From positions 43,512,051 through 43,576,050 of the forward strand of contig NC_068995.1 of NCBI RefSeq assembly GCF_001194135.2: a DNA stretch of 64,000 bases, given 5' to 3'. Made by a program: the position numbers and the translations under genes. Below are positions 39,628 to 54,452 of this stretch, in pieces. The first letter of the stretch is position 1; each line of letters starts with the position of its first letter. This DNA comes from Octopus bimaculoides. Its lineage: Eukaryota. The notes under the pieces are model-generated. The model saw nothing but the letters and a program-made list of their open reading frames with translations, was not told the DNA's origin and did no database searches.

Positions 39628-41604
39628 GTATATATATATAGATAGATATGTATGTGTACGTGTGAGTGCGTGTATGTGTGTGTGTGTAAATAAGTAAGCG
39701 GATATAATCTTATATATACCCGCATGAACCTCGGTATGTATGTTCGTGAATGTGTATACACCTCAGTTCACCTGCCCTTTCTACCCTTCTATTCACTCAT
39801 ACACATGCAAATACACACACACACACAGACAAACACTCTCAGAAAAACACACACATACACACACGCACACATACATATGTATATATGTATATATCCATGC
39901 TAATATGCATGAATATACATGGATACATATACCTCTATATAAGGTATATACATATAATGATGTATGTGTGTTCATGCATATATGCGTTTATATTTAATAA
40001 ATGAAACCTTTTCTTACAAAATATTGTTGGGGGCGAGGCACTGGAAAAGAGCTCTCCAGGAAGTATAACTCTTCTCCTGAGTGTTTGTTTCGTTGGAAAT
40101 TGGAAAAATGATTTTCGTATTGACAGAGTTTCGTTGAATCTTCTGTCCTCGTCTCGCAACCCTCGCAGTCACATCGATTTATTTTCCTTAGCTAACATCC
40201 ACCCTCATAACGCACTTGCGCACACACATGCACAAATATTTATACTACATTGCAAATATATATTATATATATACACACACGCACACATATCTATACTATA
40301 TTGCAAATATATAATGTATATACACACGCACATATATGTATGTACGTATATATATATATATATATNNNNNNNNNNNNNNNNNNNNNNNNNNNNNNNNNNN
40401 NNNNNNNNNNNNNNNNNNNNNNNNNNNNNNNNNNNNNNNNNNNNNNNNNNNNNNNNNNNNNNNNNNNNTATATACACTCGTAGGTTTGTCTCTGGGAGAG
40501 GTAGGAAGCGTAATAGGTGTGTGCATAGGTGTGTTTGGGCGTGTGTGTTTGTGCGTGTGTGTGTGTGTTTGTATGTGAAATAACGATGAAAATGGGCGGC
40601 TTAGTTAAAATAGTATTTATATACCCTTTAGATATATTAAATAACGAAATCGGGTATTTACCCATTTATTACATCATTTAATATCTCTTCCCTCCAATTT
40701 CAACTCTTTGAACTATTCTTGGTGAATGAAAAGTTCGCTATTTAAGTACCTTTTAATATAACTTTAGAGTTTACAACGATCGTCTTATCATAATAATGTC
40801 CTTTATCACAAGGTTTATTCTGCAAATCGATCAATAATCGAACGATTAAAAGCAATTTATATTTCCTAATAAAATCTCGTTAATTTTATTGGTCATTTGT
40901 TCCTATTCTGTAATAGAATCTGAGAACTTTTATTAACCGTAATATTTTAAGATTCGAAAGGATCATTGTTTCCCCATATTGTCACTAAATGGTGTTTGTC
41001 TATTTAAGAGATATTAACCGCACGAACGTGATGATTATACAGATTTAGTAATTGATTTCGAAGAGGTGGTGTCACCGACATTTGTTAGTTTCTTTTTGTG
41101 TTTGTTCCTTTTGGGGTTTCTTCTGTAGTGACACTCCGGTTGGTCTGATGTACCTTTCCAGACGTCAGCAACATTATCAAATAGCTTAGATGTGATGAGC
41201 TACAAGTTAAGTATCATTTTATTTTAAGGAGTCGTTCATCTTCAAACATGAACTTTCATCCTACAGTCTGATCCTCCAGAAACATTTTGCCCAAAGAAGT
41301 ATATCCTTCAATATCTTACATTATTTTTTTGCTTCGTCTTTTATCAGTTGATTGTCCAAAACATTTTCCACTTTTCCAATACGAACAATCTGAGAGATTA
41401 AAATGTATTGTATTAAGTAGTTTGATGTAAAGCAGAGATTTCTTTTTAAATGTGGTATATATGTATACATACGCGCACACACAGACACATACATACAGAC
41501 TCACACATACACACACTTATGTGTATGTGTGCGCGCGTGTGTATCTATAAGCACGTATATATTATATATACACACACATGCACACACAAGCACTCACACA
41601 CACG

Positions 41605-41670
<66 letters not shown>

Positions 41671-44000
41671 NNNNNNNNNNNNNNNNNNNNNNNNNNNNNN
41701 NNNNNNNNNNNNNNNNNNNNNNNNNNNNNNNNNNNNNNNNNNNNNNNNNNNNNNNNNNNNNNNNNNNNNNNNNNNNNNNNNNNNNNNNNNNNNNNNNNNN
41801 NNNNNNNNNNNNNNNNNNNNNNNNNNNNNNNNNNNNNNNNNNNNNNNNNNNNNNNNNNNNNNNNNNNNNNNNNNNNNNNNNNNNNNNNNNNNNNNNNNNN
41901 NNNNNNNNNNNNNNNNNNNNNNNNNNNNNNNNNNNNNNNNNNNNNNNNNNNNNNNNNNNNNNNNNNNNNNNNNNNNNNNNNNNNNNNNNNNNNNNNNNNN
42001 NNNNNNNNNNNNNNNNNNNNNNNNNNNNNNNNNNNNNNNNNNNNNNNNNNNNNNNNNNNNNNNNNNNNNNNNNNNNNNNNNNNNNNNNNNNNNNNNNNNN
42101 NNNNNNNNNNNNNNNNNNNNNNNNNNNNNNNNNATATATATCTTACTTAATATAATTAAGATTCCATTCAATTAGGTTCTTAAACTGAGGCACCTTCCTT
42201 GGTGCAATATATTCATTAAGTATTTACTTGCGCAAATTGGTTCAAGTATTGTATCCGAATGTACTCCCTTATACATTTAGTATACCTCTAATTCAATTAT
42301 CTCATATATTGAATACGATCTTTTATGATATCTTAAGTTTATCCACCCATAACGAAGAGAATAGTTCTTATATTAGTTTAAAATATATCATGTATTTCTA
42401 TTCATATGATAATTTAATTCCGTTATACATTCATTATACACTATGTTTAGAAAAAGTCTTAATAGCTTTTCTTATATATTAAAGTATCCCATTATTAGGT
42501 TTTAAATTTAATTTCTATCCTTCGTCTATCGTGGAGGAAAATTCATTTAGATGAGTTGTAGTTAAAGATTCTACGAGGTGTGTGTTTAACTAGTACCCTC
42601 TTCCTAGACTATTACACTAAATATTTGTTGGTGTTGAGAAGACCTTTGTTTTGGTGCTTCAGTATATAGACCGTTTATTGTGAAAGTATGCATGTATACA
42701 CACACGCACACGCTCACAAGTACACACACACACAAATACACACATACACACACATATACACACATGCTTGCATTTGTGTCTGTGTATTCCTACCTGTAGT
42801 TTATGCAGCGCAGCTGAACACAAGGATGCGTATGTTTCTGTGTAAACGATTCTGTATGTGTGCGCGCGCATACAACCATGATAGAACTGCGCGCACATAT
42901 ATGTATGTACGCGTGTGTGTGTCTTTGAAGACACACACTTTCCGATCGAAAGCCCGTTGTATTCACAGTGCTACTAGCAGTTTTATAATTAACAATTTTA
43001 TAATTAGTAATTAACCCTAATTAATGAGGAAAATGGATGACACGATTCATATTACATCTTAGTATTTTGATGTATTGTGTTGTGCATCTTAGTATTGTAG
43101 TTTCACATGTCATCGTATTGGATTTTCAGTCGGTATATGGTCATTAAAATATGTCATTAAATATATGGTCATTAAAATATGTAATTAAAATGTGTCCTAG
43201 TCACATACTGACGTAACTTCAAATGTGTCGCACAAAATTCCATGATCTTCTGCTAATGCTATTTTTCTCTATACGGCTAAAGGAAAATGTTCTGCTCCAG
43301 CTCCCATGGTTTATATACTCAGATCCCAAAGTGACCACTTCTACAACTGACACGCTTTTAGAATTAGGGTAAACACCGGAGTGTTTTTATGCTAATTGGT
43401 CTACTGGTACTGCGGTGCAAGTTCAAACCACTCTAAAATATATGTAGCTTTAACGACCAAGAAATCAGGAATTCAAAAATATAGCAATGGAAGAAGGGAT
43501 ATAGCAAAATATAATTTGGATTTTCGTTAGTGAATACTATTTAGCCTATCCAGAAATGAAATGACAAATTGTGAGAATGATTAACTTTTACTTAGGCTTC
43601 AACATTAGTACAGGATGTTTCACAGTAGCAATGTTGCTATTGATTAAATCATTTCATTCCAGGCGAAATCCATAGAATATGAAGTGACAATCCATTTACT
43701 CAAATTGAATCGATCTTCCAATTCAAAATATTTCTTTTATATCATGAAAAAAGAGATTATTTTCTTTGAAACAACTTTCAAGAATTAAATAGGTATCAAC
43801 GGAAAAAAAAACCTATAAATACATTATATATGCGTGTGCGTGTGTGAGTGTGTGTGTATAGGTAAACTTCAGGTTAGTTAAAATATGCTTGTGACATATT
43901 TCAACTGTTAAAAAGCAAATTTACTGCAGTTACCATGAAGAAGAAATCGCTCTTATCGTAAAATGGTGTAAAAACACTTTATCTACCCAGAGTTGCCACC

Positions 44001-44390
44001 TAAAGTGCCTTACAAAAGTCTACACACCCCTTGAAAACTGGATGTATTTTGTTTGATAGGAACAATTAATATTTTAAGCTCTAATAATTTGTTTTAATAA
44101 GCAGATCTATCAAAATTTTATTTAATACACAAAATACATTTGAAAAATTTAAAGCTGATTCTTAAACAAAGATAATTATGGAAAATGTCTTTGCAAAAGT
44201 CTACACCCACTTTTGGAATGTCTTCGGCTAATACTTTGTGGATGATCCTGTTGCGTCAATTACAGCCTGCAGACGCCTTGGATAGCCTTCCACGAGCTTA
44301 CTGCAGTGGTCTGCTGATAGTTTTCGCCATTCTTCATGGCAGAACTTCTCCAGCTGTGTCAGATTGGATGGGGAACGACGGTGCACAAGA
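44001..44390 (-). mobile_element. Right end of an IR/DR-type Tc1 transposon (Sleeping Beauty-like group)
   Basis: Open-frame LVHRRSPSNLTQLEKFCHEEWRKLSADHCSKLVEGYPRRLQAVIDATGSSTKY* (stop 44228-44230). TA at 44001-44002, outer DR AGTGCCTTACAAAAGTCTACAC and inner DR CTTTGCAAAAGTCTACACCC at ~44189-44208. Confidence 0.9.
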
Positions 44391-44754
44391 CATTATTAGC
44401 GAACAACTTATTTATTAATCTCAACAGCTACCAAGAACGCGTTGTTTACGTAAATCGGTTTATACGATTAACTGCTGCCCTCAGTAATGTTCGGCTTATA
44501 AGCAGCATCAGAGGGGCAATTATAGAAGAAATTCGATCGTTAATGAACTCGCAATGCAAGATTGATTGATTGAAACTAATCTGACTGATCTGTCTTCTTT
44601 ATCTTTCTGTTCACAAAGACATTTCATATAAAGTCGACGTAGATATATGTCTGTCTGCTGGTGGAAACTGTATAAATACTTTCTGTAATGTACCATACAC
44701 ACAACAAAAGTATATCTACATGTGTATGTTAATATATCTATAAATATGTGTATA

Positions 44755-44816
<62 letters not shown>

Positions 44817-44937
44817 CATATGCACACATACACACATATATATATACTTATGTGTGAATGTACGTGTGTGTGTGCGTATATAAACAGACAAAGAAACAGA
44901 TATATATATATATATACGTGTGTGTGTATATCTACAA

Positions 44938-45001
<64 letters not shown>

Positions 45002-45550
45002 AGGGAGAACTAGCTATAAAATGTGAAACTAGAGATTCTATCTTTTCGTTCTCCTTAGCTCAAAGTCATCACAGCGATTTAATAATAAATCTAAAGATAT
45101 TTTTGTCGGCGCTGCAGTAATCACACATCAATTCATACAAATACTTTTATGGGAAACTGTTTAATATTTATCAAAGAAAGCACACTATAGATGCTATGTA
45201 GCAGGAAGAATTTATTAGTGTGAGAATGTTGCCAATTACTACAGAACTCATAATAATGATTTAGTGAATGATTGCTATTTGACATGGAACGCTGATCTCG
45301 TAAGAAAGACAAAATAAATTGGATGTCATGTTATAAACCCTTAACGTTAAACTAACGCGTCTGTTGACTTTTTTTTTTGCATAGATTTATCGTTCGTTTT
45401 GAAGTTAAGATTCTCAAACTTTCTGTGCTCTATAATCAAACTACATGCTAAGTACTCTAGATGTTCGGTTGTTTTTATTGTAGTAATACCAAAGATAGGA
45501 AATGAACATTAAGCATATCAATACCCGCAGTCTTAGTTGGAGAGCTTATT

Positions 45551-45585
<35 letters not shown>

Positions 45586-45657
45586 NNNNNNNNNNNNNNN
45601 NNNNNNNNNNNNNNNNNNNNNNNNNNNNNNNNNNNNNNNNNNNNNNNNNNTATATAT

Positions 45658-45696
<39 letters not shown>

Positions 45697-45821
45697 TGTA
45701 TGTATACATATGTATGTATTTCTATTTGTTTATCTATCTATTCATCTCTCTCTATATATAATTATCTATCTATATATCCATGTGTGTATGTGTGTGTGTT
45801 GTATGTGTGTATGTATGCATA

Positions 45822-47003
45822 CAGTGGTTGGATAAACAATTGAAGTAGCATGTTAAATTTAAGTTTTATTTAATACGGAGATGATCTGCCTTCGCCATTA
45901 GTCATTGATTTAATACGATGAAGAATTGCCTTATACGGGTTCTGAAGAGATGTTAGGAAAGTTTCGATATATTAAACCTGCAATGGCTCTTTTTTGGGGA
46001 CGATGAAGGAAGCAGCTCCTCGCTTGTTATTCCATAATACAACACAAATATTGGATTATATTGAGTGCGATTGATGGGTCGTGGGAAGGCAGTAGAAGTG
46101 CTCTATTTTATTTTTTGATCTTCCTACGAGTTTTGAATAACACCAACAGTATGAATCGGCGAATTATTACCTTGTACTATTGTGCGGCCATTAGTAAACG
46201 ATATTTGTACTATAGAGTAGACACAAGCAGTCAAAATACTCCGATAGCTATATCTGAGAGACCAGCTAAATGGCCCAAAGCATTCCGTGATATAACTGCT
46301 CAAATTATTCTAGAACCTACTACTTCGTAGTAGGGGCCAAAACTTCAGGGTTGAAAGCTTCTTTTAGCCGTCTTCAGACATAAACTCACCCCGAAGAGGG
46401 ACAAATTAAGAATGATGGTGCGTAAGAAGAAATTACATTGTTCCATCGTACCATTGACCACCTTTGCTATATAAACACCATTTAGCAGTTGCAGCCCTCT
46501 CATTATAACCGGCTGACGAAAGATCTTGATTGAGATATGTTAGCAAGGATCTGGGTTATCTCTGCTGTTATTCTTTCACTGCAGTAGTTCGATGGTTTTT
46601 AAACACAAAATGTTTTATTACTCTGGGATCCCTCTATCTCAGCTTTGTCTTCTGTCGAATATTGAGCTTGCCAGATCTGGTTTTTCCTTGGTTTTGGAAT
46701 GCTAGCAGTTTTTTTTAGAGATTGAAATTCCCGACGAATTAATCAATTAAGCAGTTTCAATGACTGAAGCTTCAATCATCCTCTCTCCAACAACTTGCTC
46801 TGTTTGGAAACCACAAAGGTTAAGCATTATAACTTATTTATATACGAATATCTGCAGGAAAAAAAACGGCGGACTATAGCATGGAACAGAAAATATACAT
46901 GATGCATACTAATATGTAAGTATACAGAATACAACACTTGCTGTTTTGTCATAGTGACAATGAAAATATAAAGTGATACTGACATTAATTTATGTGACCC
47001 CTG
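45822..47003 (-). mobile_element. Near full-length decayed Tc1-family transposon
   Basis: Minus-strand remnants GFQTEQVVGERMIEASVIETA, ITAEI, LNIIQYL, RIKSMTNGEGRSSPY* (stop ~45870). Ends CAGTGGTTGGATAAACAATTG and CAGGGGTCACATAAATTAATG match at 14 of 21 positions, and each is flanked by TA. Confidence 0.8.
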
Positions 47004-47005
47004 TA

Positions 47006-47066
<61 letters not shown>

Positions 47067-48376
47067 ATGTACGGATGACTGCATATATGCACGTATATAC
47101 GTGCGTGTGCCTACGATATATACAAATTTTCCCAACGTTATTTATAACTTATAAATTTACTTTACATCCTTACCTTATTTATATTAAAATTCCCTCTACT
47201 ATCTCTACTTAATTTATTTGTCTCTCACTATAATTCTGTTTACCTCCTTTATCTTACCACCAACGAAACTGTAAATCCCTAGCTGACGCATAAAAAATAC
47301 AAATCATAGATAGTATCATTTAATCTGCTATAATGAATCCATAAACAAAGGGTATACTTAAGGGTATATTTCTTGTTCTTTCTGAAGATATTATGCTCAA
47401 TATTTAATTAAATCAGTGTGTATAAATGAAATAGTTGTAAGGGATAATGTTCGATTTCTTGTTGATCATAAACTCTTATTAACTTCACAATCTCCATTTT
47501 CTTCTTCCTTTATATGAATACAGGTTTTTATACATATATTTATTATTTTAAGGAAATCAATCCCCCACACCCCGTCCAACATATTTAGTACTCAACCAGT
47601 ATTTCTTTTGATGACACCATTCCTTCATGAAGCTAACATAACCTCTAATCGAATTATATATATATATATATATNNNNNNNNNNNNNNNNNNNNNNNNNNN
47701 NNNNNNNNNNNNNNNNNNNNNNNNNNNNNNNNNNNNNNNNNNNNNNNNNNNNNNNNNNNNNNNNNNNNNNNNNNNNNNNNNNNNNNNNNNNNNNNNNNNN
47801 NNNNNNNNNNNNNNNNNNNNNNNNNNNNNNNNNNNNNNNNNNNNNNNNNNNNNNNNNNNNNNNNNNNNNNNNNNNNNNNNNNNNNNNNNNNNNNNNNNNN
47901 NNNNNNNNNNNNNNNNNNNNNNNNNNNNNNNNNNNNNNNNNNNNNNNNNNNNNNNNNNNNNNNNNNNNNNNNNNNNNNNNNNNNNNNNNNNNNNNNNNNN
48001 NNNNNNNNNNNNNNNNNNNNNNNNNNNNNNNNNNNNNNNNNNNNNNNNNNNNNNNNNNNNNNNNNNNNNNNNNNNNNNNNNNNNNNNNNNNNNNNNNNNN
48101 NNNNNNNNNNNNNNNNNNNNNNNNNNNNNNNNNNNNNNNNNNNNNNNNNNNNNNNNNNNNNNNNNNNNNNNNNNNNNNNNNNNNNNNNNNNNNNNNNNNN
48201 NNNNNNNNNNNNNNNNNNNNNNNNNNNNNNNNNNNNNNNNNNNNNNNNNNNNNNNNNNNNNNNNNNNNNNNNNNNNNNNNNNNNNNNNNNNNNNNNNNNN
48301 NNNNNNNNNNNNNNNNNNNNNNNNNNNNATATATATATATTATATATATAAATATATGTATGTATATGTATATATA

Positions 48377-48615
48377 GTCGCGTGGCCTAGTGGTTAGGCT
48401 GTTGGACTCACGATCGCTAGATCAATGGTTCGATCTCCTGACTGAGCGGCGAGAGATGCGTTCTTGAATAAACACTTCATTTCCCGTTACCCCAGTCCCC
48501 TTTCGATCAGCCATAGAAGTTGCGCCACTTGAAGGTTAAAACAATGCAAAAGCGCATTGTGACCAGCGATTTATAACAACATTTGATAGCCAAGTCGTTC
48601 ACGAGGTCACGTCTG
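48377..48615 (+). mobile_element. tRNA-derived SINE (family C)
   Basis: GTCGCGTGGCCTAGTGGTTAGG (A-box) and GGTTCGATCTCC (B-box), followed by a non-tRNA body. Confidence 0.75.
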
Positions 48616-49388
48616 GTCCATATTATCCACTCCAGCTCTGACCAGTTGTAAGGGCTGTAATTCATTTCTAATTTATCTATCTCTTTATCATCTATTAAAT
48701 CTGAGATTAAAAGACTGTCTCTATTTAAATAAATAAACAAGAGCGTTGACAGCTCATGGCTAGGTATGATCATAAATATTAGCTTAATTATCCCTTTTAC
48801 CCAAGAGAAAGTAAGTAAGACATTAGGAAGAGTCAGTTTGATAGGCAAGGTAAGGGTAGACTTTAAATCATGATGTTAATTACCAGTTAAAGGGGCACGT
48901 CACTGAAAAACTTAAGATGCTAATACAGAGAAAATTTATTAGTGGCACGATGAGGGAACGTTTATAAACAATATTATTATGTTCTATAAAAATAAAATTT
49001 AATAATTCCAAAATGACATCATAACCAAAATAGCTAAAAGGTGTGTATGTGTCAATTATAAACATTAAGAAGGAATATGATGTAGAATCAGTTTAATAGC
49101 CATTCTTGTGCTGAATTAATTAGTTAATTATTAGATAGTTCCTATAAAGACTGCTCAAGGCACTTATATATGGAATATCTGGAAATATATACATACTCTC
49201 TATTAATTTTAAGCCATCAATCAGAAGCGGGATATTGAGATAATGGTAATACATAGGCATATTTAAACAAAAGTTATAAAATATAAAGTATAAAAGATAT
49301 AAATACTCGAAAAATATGTGCTAATATAAGGATGTGTAAAGTGTAAAAACATGCATAGAAACATATACAAAGACGGTTTTTTTCTTAT

Positions 49389-49927
49389 TGGTTCAAATCT
49401 ATTGAACATATACCTAATTACTTGTTTATTCAATTTGATATTAACAGTTATTATATCTCTAGTATATCTCTTATTCTTCTTAACTAGTACCTAATTTTTG
49501 AAAAAGACTTTCTCTCATAACTAGGGATAAAATTGACATTCTTTTAACCAAGAAAATAATCATAGAATTTGAGAACAAGCTATGGACGAGGTCTGACACC
49601 TGTGATAATTTCGATGTAGCTGTGGGCTCGAGTGACTCGGCTGAAATTACTAATCTAGTTGGTGCGTATCTCTTAAAGCGCCTTAATAGAGAAATACCTG
49701 AATTGCTGGGAGGTTTATATAGAGATGATGCGTTATTCATTATCCCTAGCAACAATAACTCAGTCACAAAAAGAATGAGAGAAAAAAAATTAGGAATCAC
49801 GTTTGAATATGGCTGAAAGGTGGTAAATTTCTTAGACACTACGTTAGACGTTAACTCGGGCTTATAGTACTCCTATTGGAAACCGAGTGAAGTTACGATT
49901 TATTTGAACAAATCCTCAAATCCACCC

Positions 49928-49930
<3 letters not shown>
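49389..49930 (+). pseudogene. Penelope-like element reverse transcriptase fragment
   Basis: WFKSIE..FIQFDI, FDVAVGSSDSAEITNLVGAYLL, GLYRDDAL, VVNFLDTTLD, YLNKSSNPPP; this is the PLE RT motif order. Confidence 0.88.
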
Positions 49931-49980
<50 letters not shown>

Positions 49981-50729
49981 AATACGTATCGGAGCTAAAA
50001 CTCTGAGGAATGTGATAAGCATCACAAATTCTAATGACCCTTCTCCTATAAATATGAATCCTTGTCTTTATGGCTTAACACTTTATTAAATATTGATACT
50101 TTCTTCATCTTTCCAATCTGAAACTTTAAAGCATTCTATGTCACTCGCATTTAATGCCCGAATATAGATGCCGCCATATTTTAACGCTTTCGTCAACACC
50201 AATTATTTTTGATCAGTACAGCATTCAGTGAGCCAGGTTTCTCTGATTTGAGTTCATAGTGATTCAGAGTTGACAGAATGAGTAAGTGTTGCATCCCAGA
50301 TTTGATTACTGACAAATGGGATCTAGATATTAATGAAATAAAAAGCACCGCTGTAACCAGAGTGAGGAAATTGATGCAATGTTAAATACTTAATGATATT
50401 ACTGTCCAAGATTTCACTGCAACACTGGTGGACAATTCGAAATGCATAGATATCCATACAAGAGCTAGCTAAAGACCTTTTACCTAAACGAGTGGTCAGC
50501 AAATATAGCAGATGCTGTAATGTACTGTATACGCGTCTGCTTTCTAGCAACGCTTCGCTGCACGCACTATTTGTTGGTGATTCCCTACTCCTGGCGAATG
50601 ACACCTTTGCACTATTCTGGTGACAACGCTTCAACCCATAGCTTTGACTGGGTACTCGTTGCTGAAGAGAGTTTTTGCAGAGTCAAAATGCAAATCTTAC
50701 CTCAACTTCGTTCACTCACCTTTTGATGA

Positions 50730-51290
50730 CATTCAGAGGAAATGTTGAGTCTATTCTTTGTCATGCCAGTCTCCATACAGCGCTGAAACAACGTGAAAGG
50801 AAGTGTTTTGCTTAAGAACAACACAATTCGACCGGTCTTAGAATCGAACTCATGATCTGAAAACTCCGAGTGCAATGACCTTATTATTATGCCATGCGCC
50901 TTCACAGATATTGGTGCTGCGAAATTTACCCTTCATTGGTCTGCTTAACTGAAGATATATCTCTGTAATATCTAAGGAATGTGGGACCTCCGTCAATTTC
51001 GACGAATGTATTCCAGTTGTCTGATCAATTGAACTACCTATCCATTCTATTAACGTATTAGTGGCTGAGTATTCCATAGACTCGTAGACACTTAACGTGA
51101 TTCTCGGGCAGAATCAGTGTGACAGTACAGAAGCAGACCATACGACTGAATTCCGTGGTTTTACTGTATAAATTTTCGCAGGCAAGGTTTCGAGCAACTC
51201 GACTTATCGTTGAATGGACTTGTCCGAAACGCCATACATAGGAATTGAAACTGGAAATTCATAGCTATGCGGAGAACACCTTAACCAGTT
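50730..51290 (-). mobile_element. Cluster of decayed SINE fragments (family D head and body, family B head)
   Basis: GAATCGAACTCATGATC..CCATGCGCCTTCAC (50845-50903), GTGGCTGAGTATTCCATAGAC..TTAACGTG (51061-51100), GGAATTGAAACTGGAA (51241-51256). Confidence 0.55.
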
Positions 51291-51990
51291 GGTAATTCAT
51301 GTGTCTATGACGTATTCGATATAGCGACACAGAATCATATATACAAACTCAGACACACATACGTACTTGCATCGAGACAAAGCGCACGGTAATATTGTAC
51401 AGTAAAACACATCTACTTAGGAGCATATGCACATATCTGCTGTAATTATATCATGATATGAATATTTCTCCCGAGTTAGAATTTGTTAATTATTATGGAG
51501 TAACGGATACAGCATGCTTAGTTGACAAAATATGTATAAAAAGATATTCTTTAGATTCTACGTTGGACATCTAACCTCATTCAGAGGTGATGTTGTGGCG
51601 TCAATTCCTTCCCTAAGTGATGTCCCTAACTTCAAGTCTATCAATATTTCTATATTTTATTTTCTTTCAATCTGACTACATATGTTTCAGCAAATCAATC
51701 GAACATGGTGTGCTACTTTCATAATCTTTAATTCTAATATCGGCTTTATATTCTAATATAAAGGCATCCTCTAACCGGATCCAAAGTGAGAAAGCTCAGA
51801 ACAGAATGTACTCCGCTAAAGGCATCCAAGATGACGGATAACGGTGTTAAACTTGTCAACGGGTTCAGGTTACAGGCCAAGTAGACAATGGCTGCATTTG
51901 AATACGGAAGGCAAAAATCCGGGACAATTGCACCAAGGCATTCTATAAAATGTTAATACAATTTACCAAACAATACCAATACAATTTATA

Positions 51991-52428
51991 GTCGTAGGAG
52001 TGGCTGTGTGGCATAGGCGTAGGATATGTGGTACGTAGCTTGCTTACCAACCACATGGTTCCGGGTTCAGTCCCACTGCGTGGCAACTTGAGCAAGTGTA
52101 TTCTACTATAGCCTCGGGCCGACCAAAGCCTTGTGAGTGGATTTGGTAGACGGAAACTGAAAGAAGCCCGTCGTATATATGTATATATATATATATATAT
52201 TTATGTGTGGGTATATGTTTGTGTGTCTGTGTTTGACCCCCCCCCCCACATCGCTTGACGACCGATGCTGGTGTGTTTACATCCCCATAATCTAGCGGTT
52301 CGGCAAAAGAAGCCAATAGAATAAGTACTAGGCTTCCAAAGAATAAGTCCTGGGGTCGATTTGCTCGACTAAAGGCGGTGCTCCAGCATGGCCACAGTCA
52401 AATGACTGAAACAAGTAAAAGAGTAAAA
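51991..52428 (+). mobile_element. Full-length family B tRNA-derived SINE with central (TA)/(TG) microsatellite
   Basis: GGAGTGGCTGTGTGG head, GGTTCAGTCCC B-box, tail ACAAGTAAAAGAGTAAAA; a short partial duplication lies in the head. Confidence 0.92.
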
Positions 52429-53172
52429 TCCCAAAGCTTGTATTAATAATTTTTATCGACCTCGAAATAATGAAAGGTAAACTTGACCCTAATGTGATTT
52501 GAACTCACAAACCGTTCATTCCAATGTTCAACGGACCCCGTCACTGCGTCTTGATATAAATCCCTATGAGACTACATCTCCACTTACCAGTAGGAGGTAA
52601 TTTCGGTATCATTTGTAGTTATCATTAGTTTGAAATACCTTATAACGAAGTCAACTTCTATTTTAACGTTGAACCTTCATAATTACATACGTCTCGTACT
52701 AGTAATTATATTATGCATCTGTTCCCCGAAGAATCTTCAAACTAAGATGTTTTCATTTTGTCTTGGCAATTATTTTCATTTCGTTTAATTATGCCTGTTT
52801 TCATTTTCAACTTTGAATTGTGTATTCCCATTCCTAGCACAGTCTTTATATTCGTGTTTTGTATGTCAAACTTCCTCGGTGCACTGCTGACAACTGTCAA
52901 ATCCAAATGTACTTCTAGTTTATTCGAAATAAATAGTTTTGTTATCGAAATAATTTATAAACAATTATTGTCATTCAGCCAGCTTCCATTTACGAGCAGA
53001 TTTTGCTTTACTCTAAGGATCTACTTAACAATGGTAAACTACATGACAGCGAGTCGATTCCTCTTGTGTTCTGTTCCCGTTGTTGGATTCCCGACAAAGG
53101 CCAGTCGATAAAGTGGTTGTTATTTGGTTCAACGGTTTCTGATAGTACTGACCTAATAACAACAAAAACAAT

Positions 53173-53593
<421 letters not shown>

Positions 53594-54156
53594 AGCAACT
53601 AGACTTCTTGCAAGGCTGTGTACACCAAGGAATTGTACCAGGGTGACTGTTCAAAGAATAAACTGTGTTGATCGAGAAAGACCCAGCTAATGCTGACGAG
53701 GCTAGTGACTAACAGACATTCAACCCATGTGAACTTTATGTACATTAAGGTGACAGGTCGTTCTCCCAACAGAAGTTAGGTATGGCACTACTGGGAGTGC
53801 TTCAATATAAATACTTCGCTCTTAAAGACCTCAGACTCCCTAACCGTCTAGCCTTCGACACACGATGTTTGTCCTCCCATATTTCTTTCGGGGCTACTTC
53901 CGCCTGGGCATGTGTTACCGATTCAAAACATCAGATTTTAGCTTAGTCACAACAATATTCGACGATCTATCGGGCAGTTGCTGCTACCACCTCAACTGTG
54001 ATAGCAACATGTGCTCTCCTACCATCGAATATTGCAAGCTCTTTTGCTTTTGTTAGCCTTTTCATTTCACTTAGTGACAGACAGATAAATCGCATTGATT
54101 TTGTTGCCATCCCAGCAAAAGTTTTTCTGATCGTCGTATTTCATTTATCACATTCT

Positions 54157-54223
<67 letters not shown>

Positions 54224-54405
54224 NNNNNNNNNNNNNNNNNNNNNNNNNNNNNNNNNNNNNNNNNNNNNNNNNNNNNNNNNNNNNNNNNNNNNNNNNNNNN
54301 NNNNNNNNNNNNNNNNNNNNNNNNNNNNNNNNNNNNNNNNNNNNNNNNNNNNNNNNNNNNNNNNNNNNNNNNNNNNNNNNNNNNNNNNNNNNNNNNNNNN
54401 NNNNN

Positions 54406-54452
<47 letters not shown>

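Noticed and set aside
48377-48450. tRNA-like sequences here and at 57840-57921, 51991-52080 and 12400-12482
   Set aside because: They are SINE heads that continue into repeat bodies; no complete cloverleaf is evident.
50040-50270. ETWLTE..GGIYI..FIG on the minus strand, resembling a LINE AP endonuclease
   Set aside because: Short motifs only, the GDFN motif is absent, and stops intervene.
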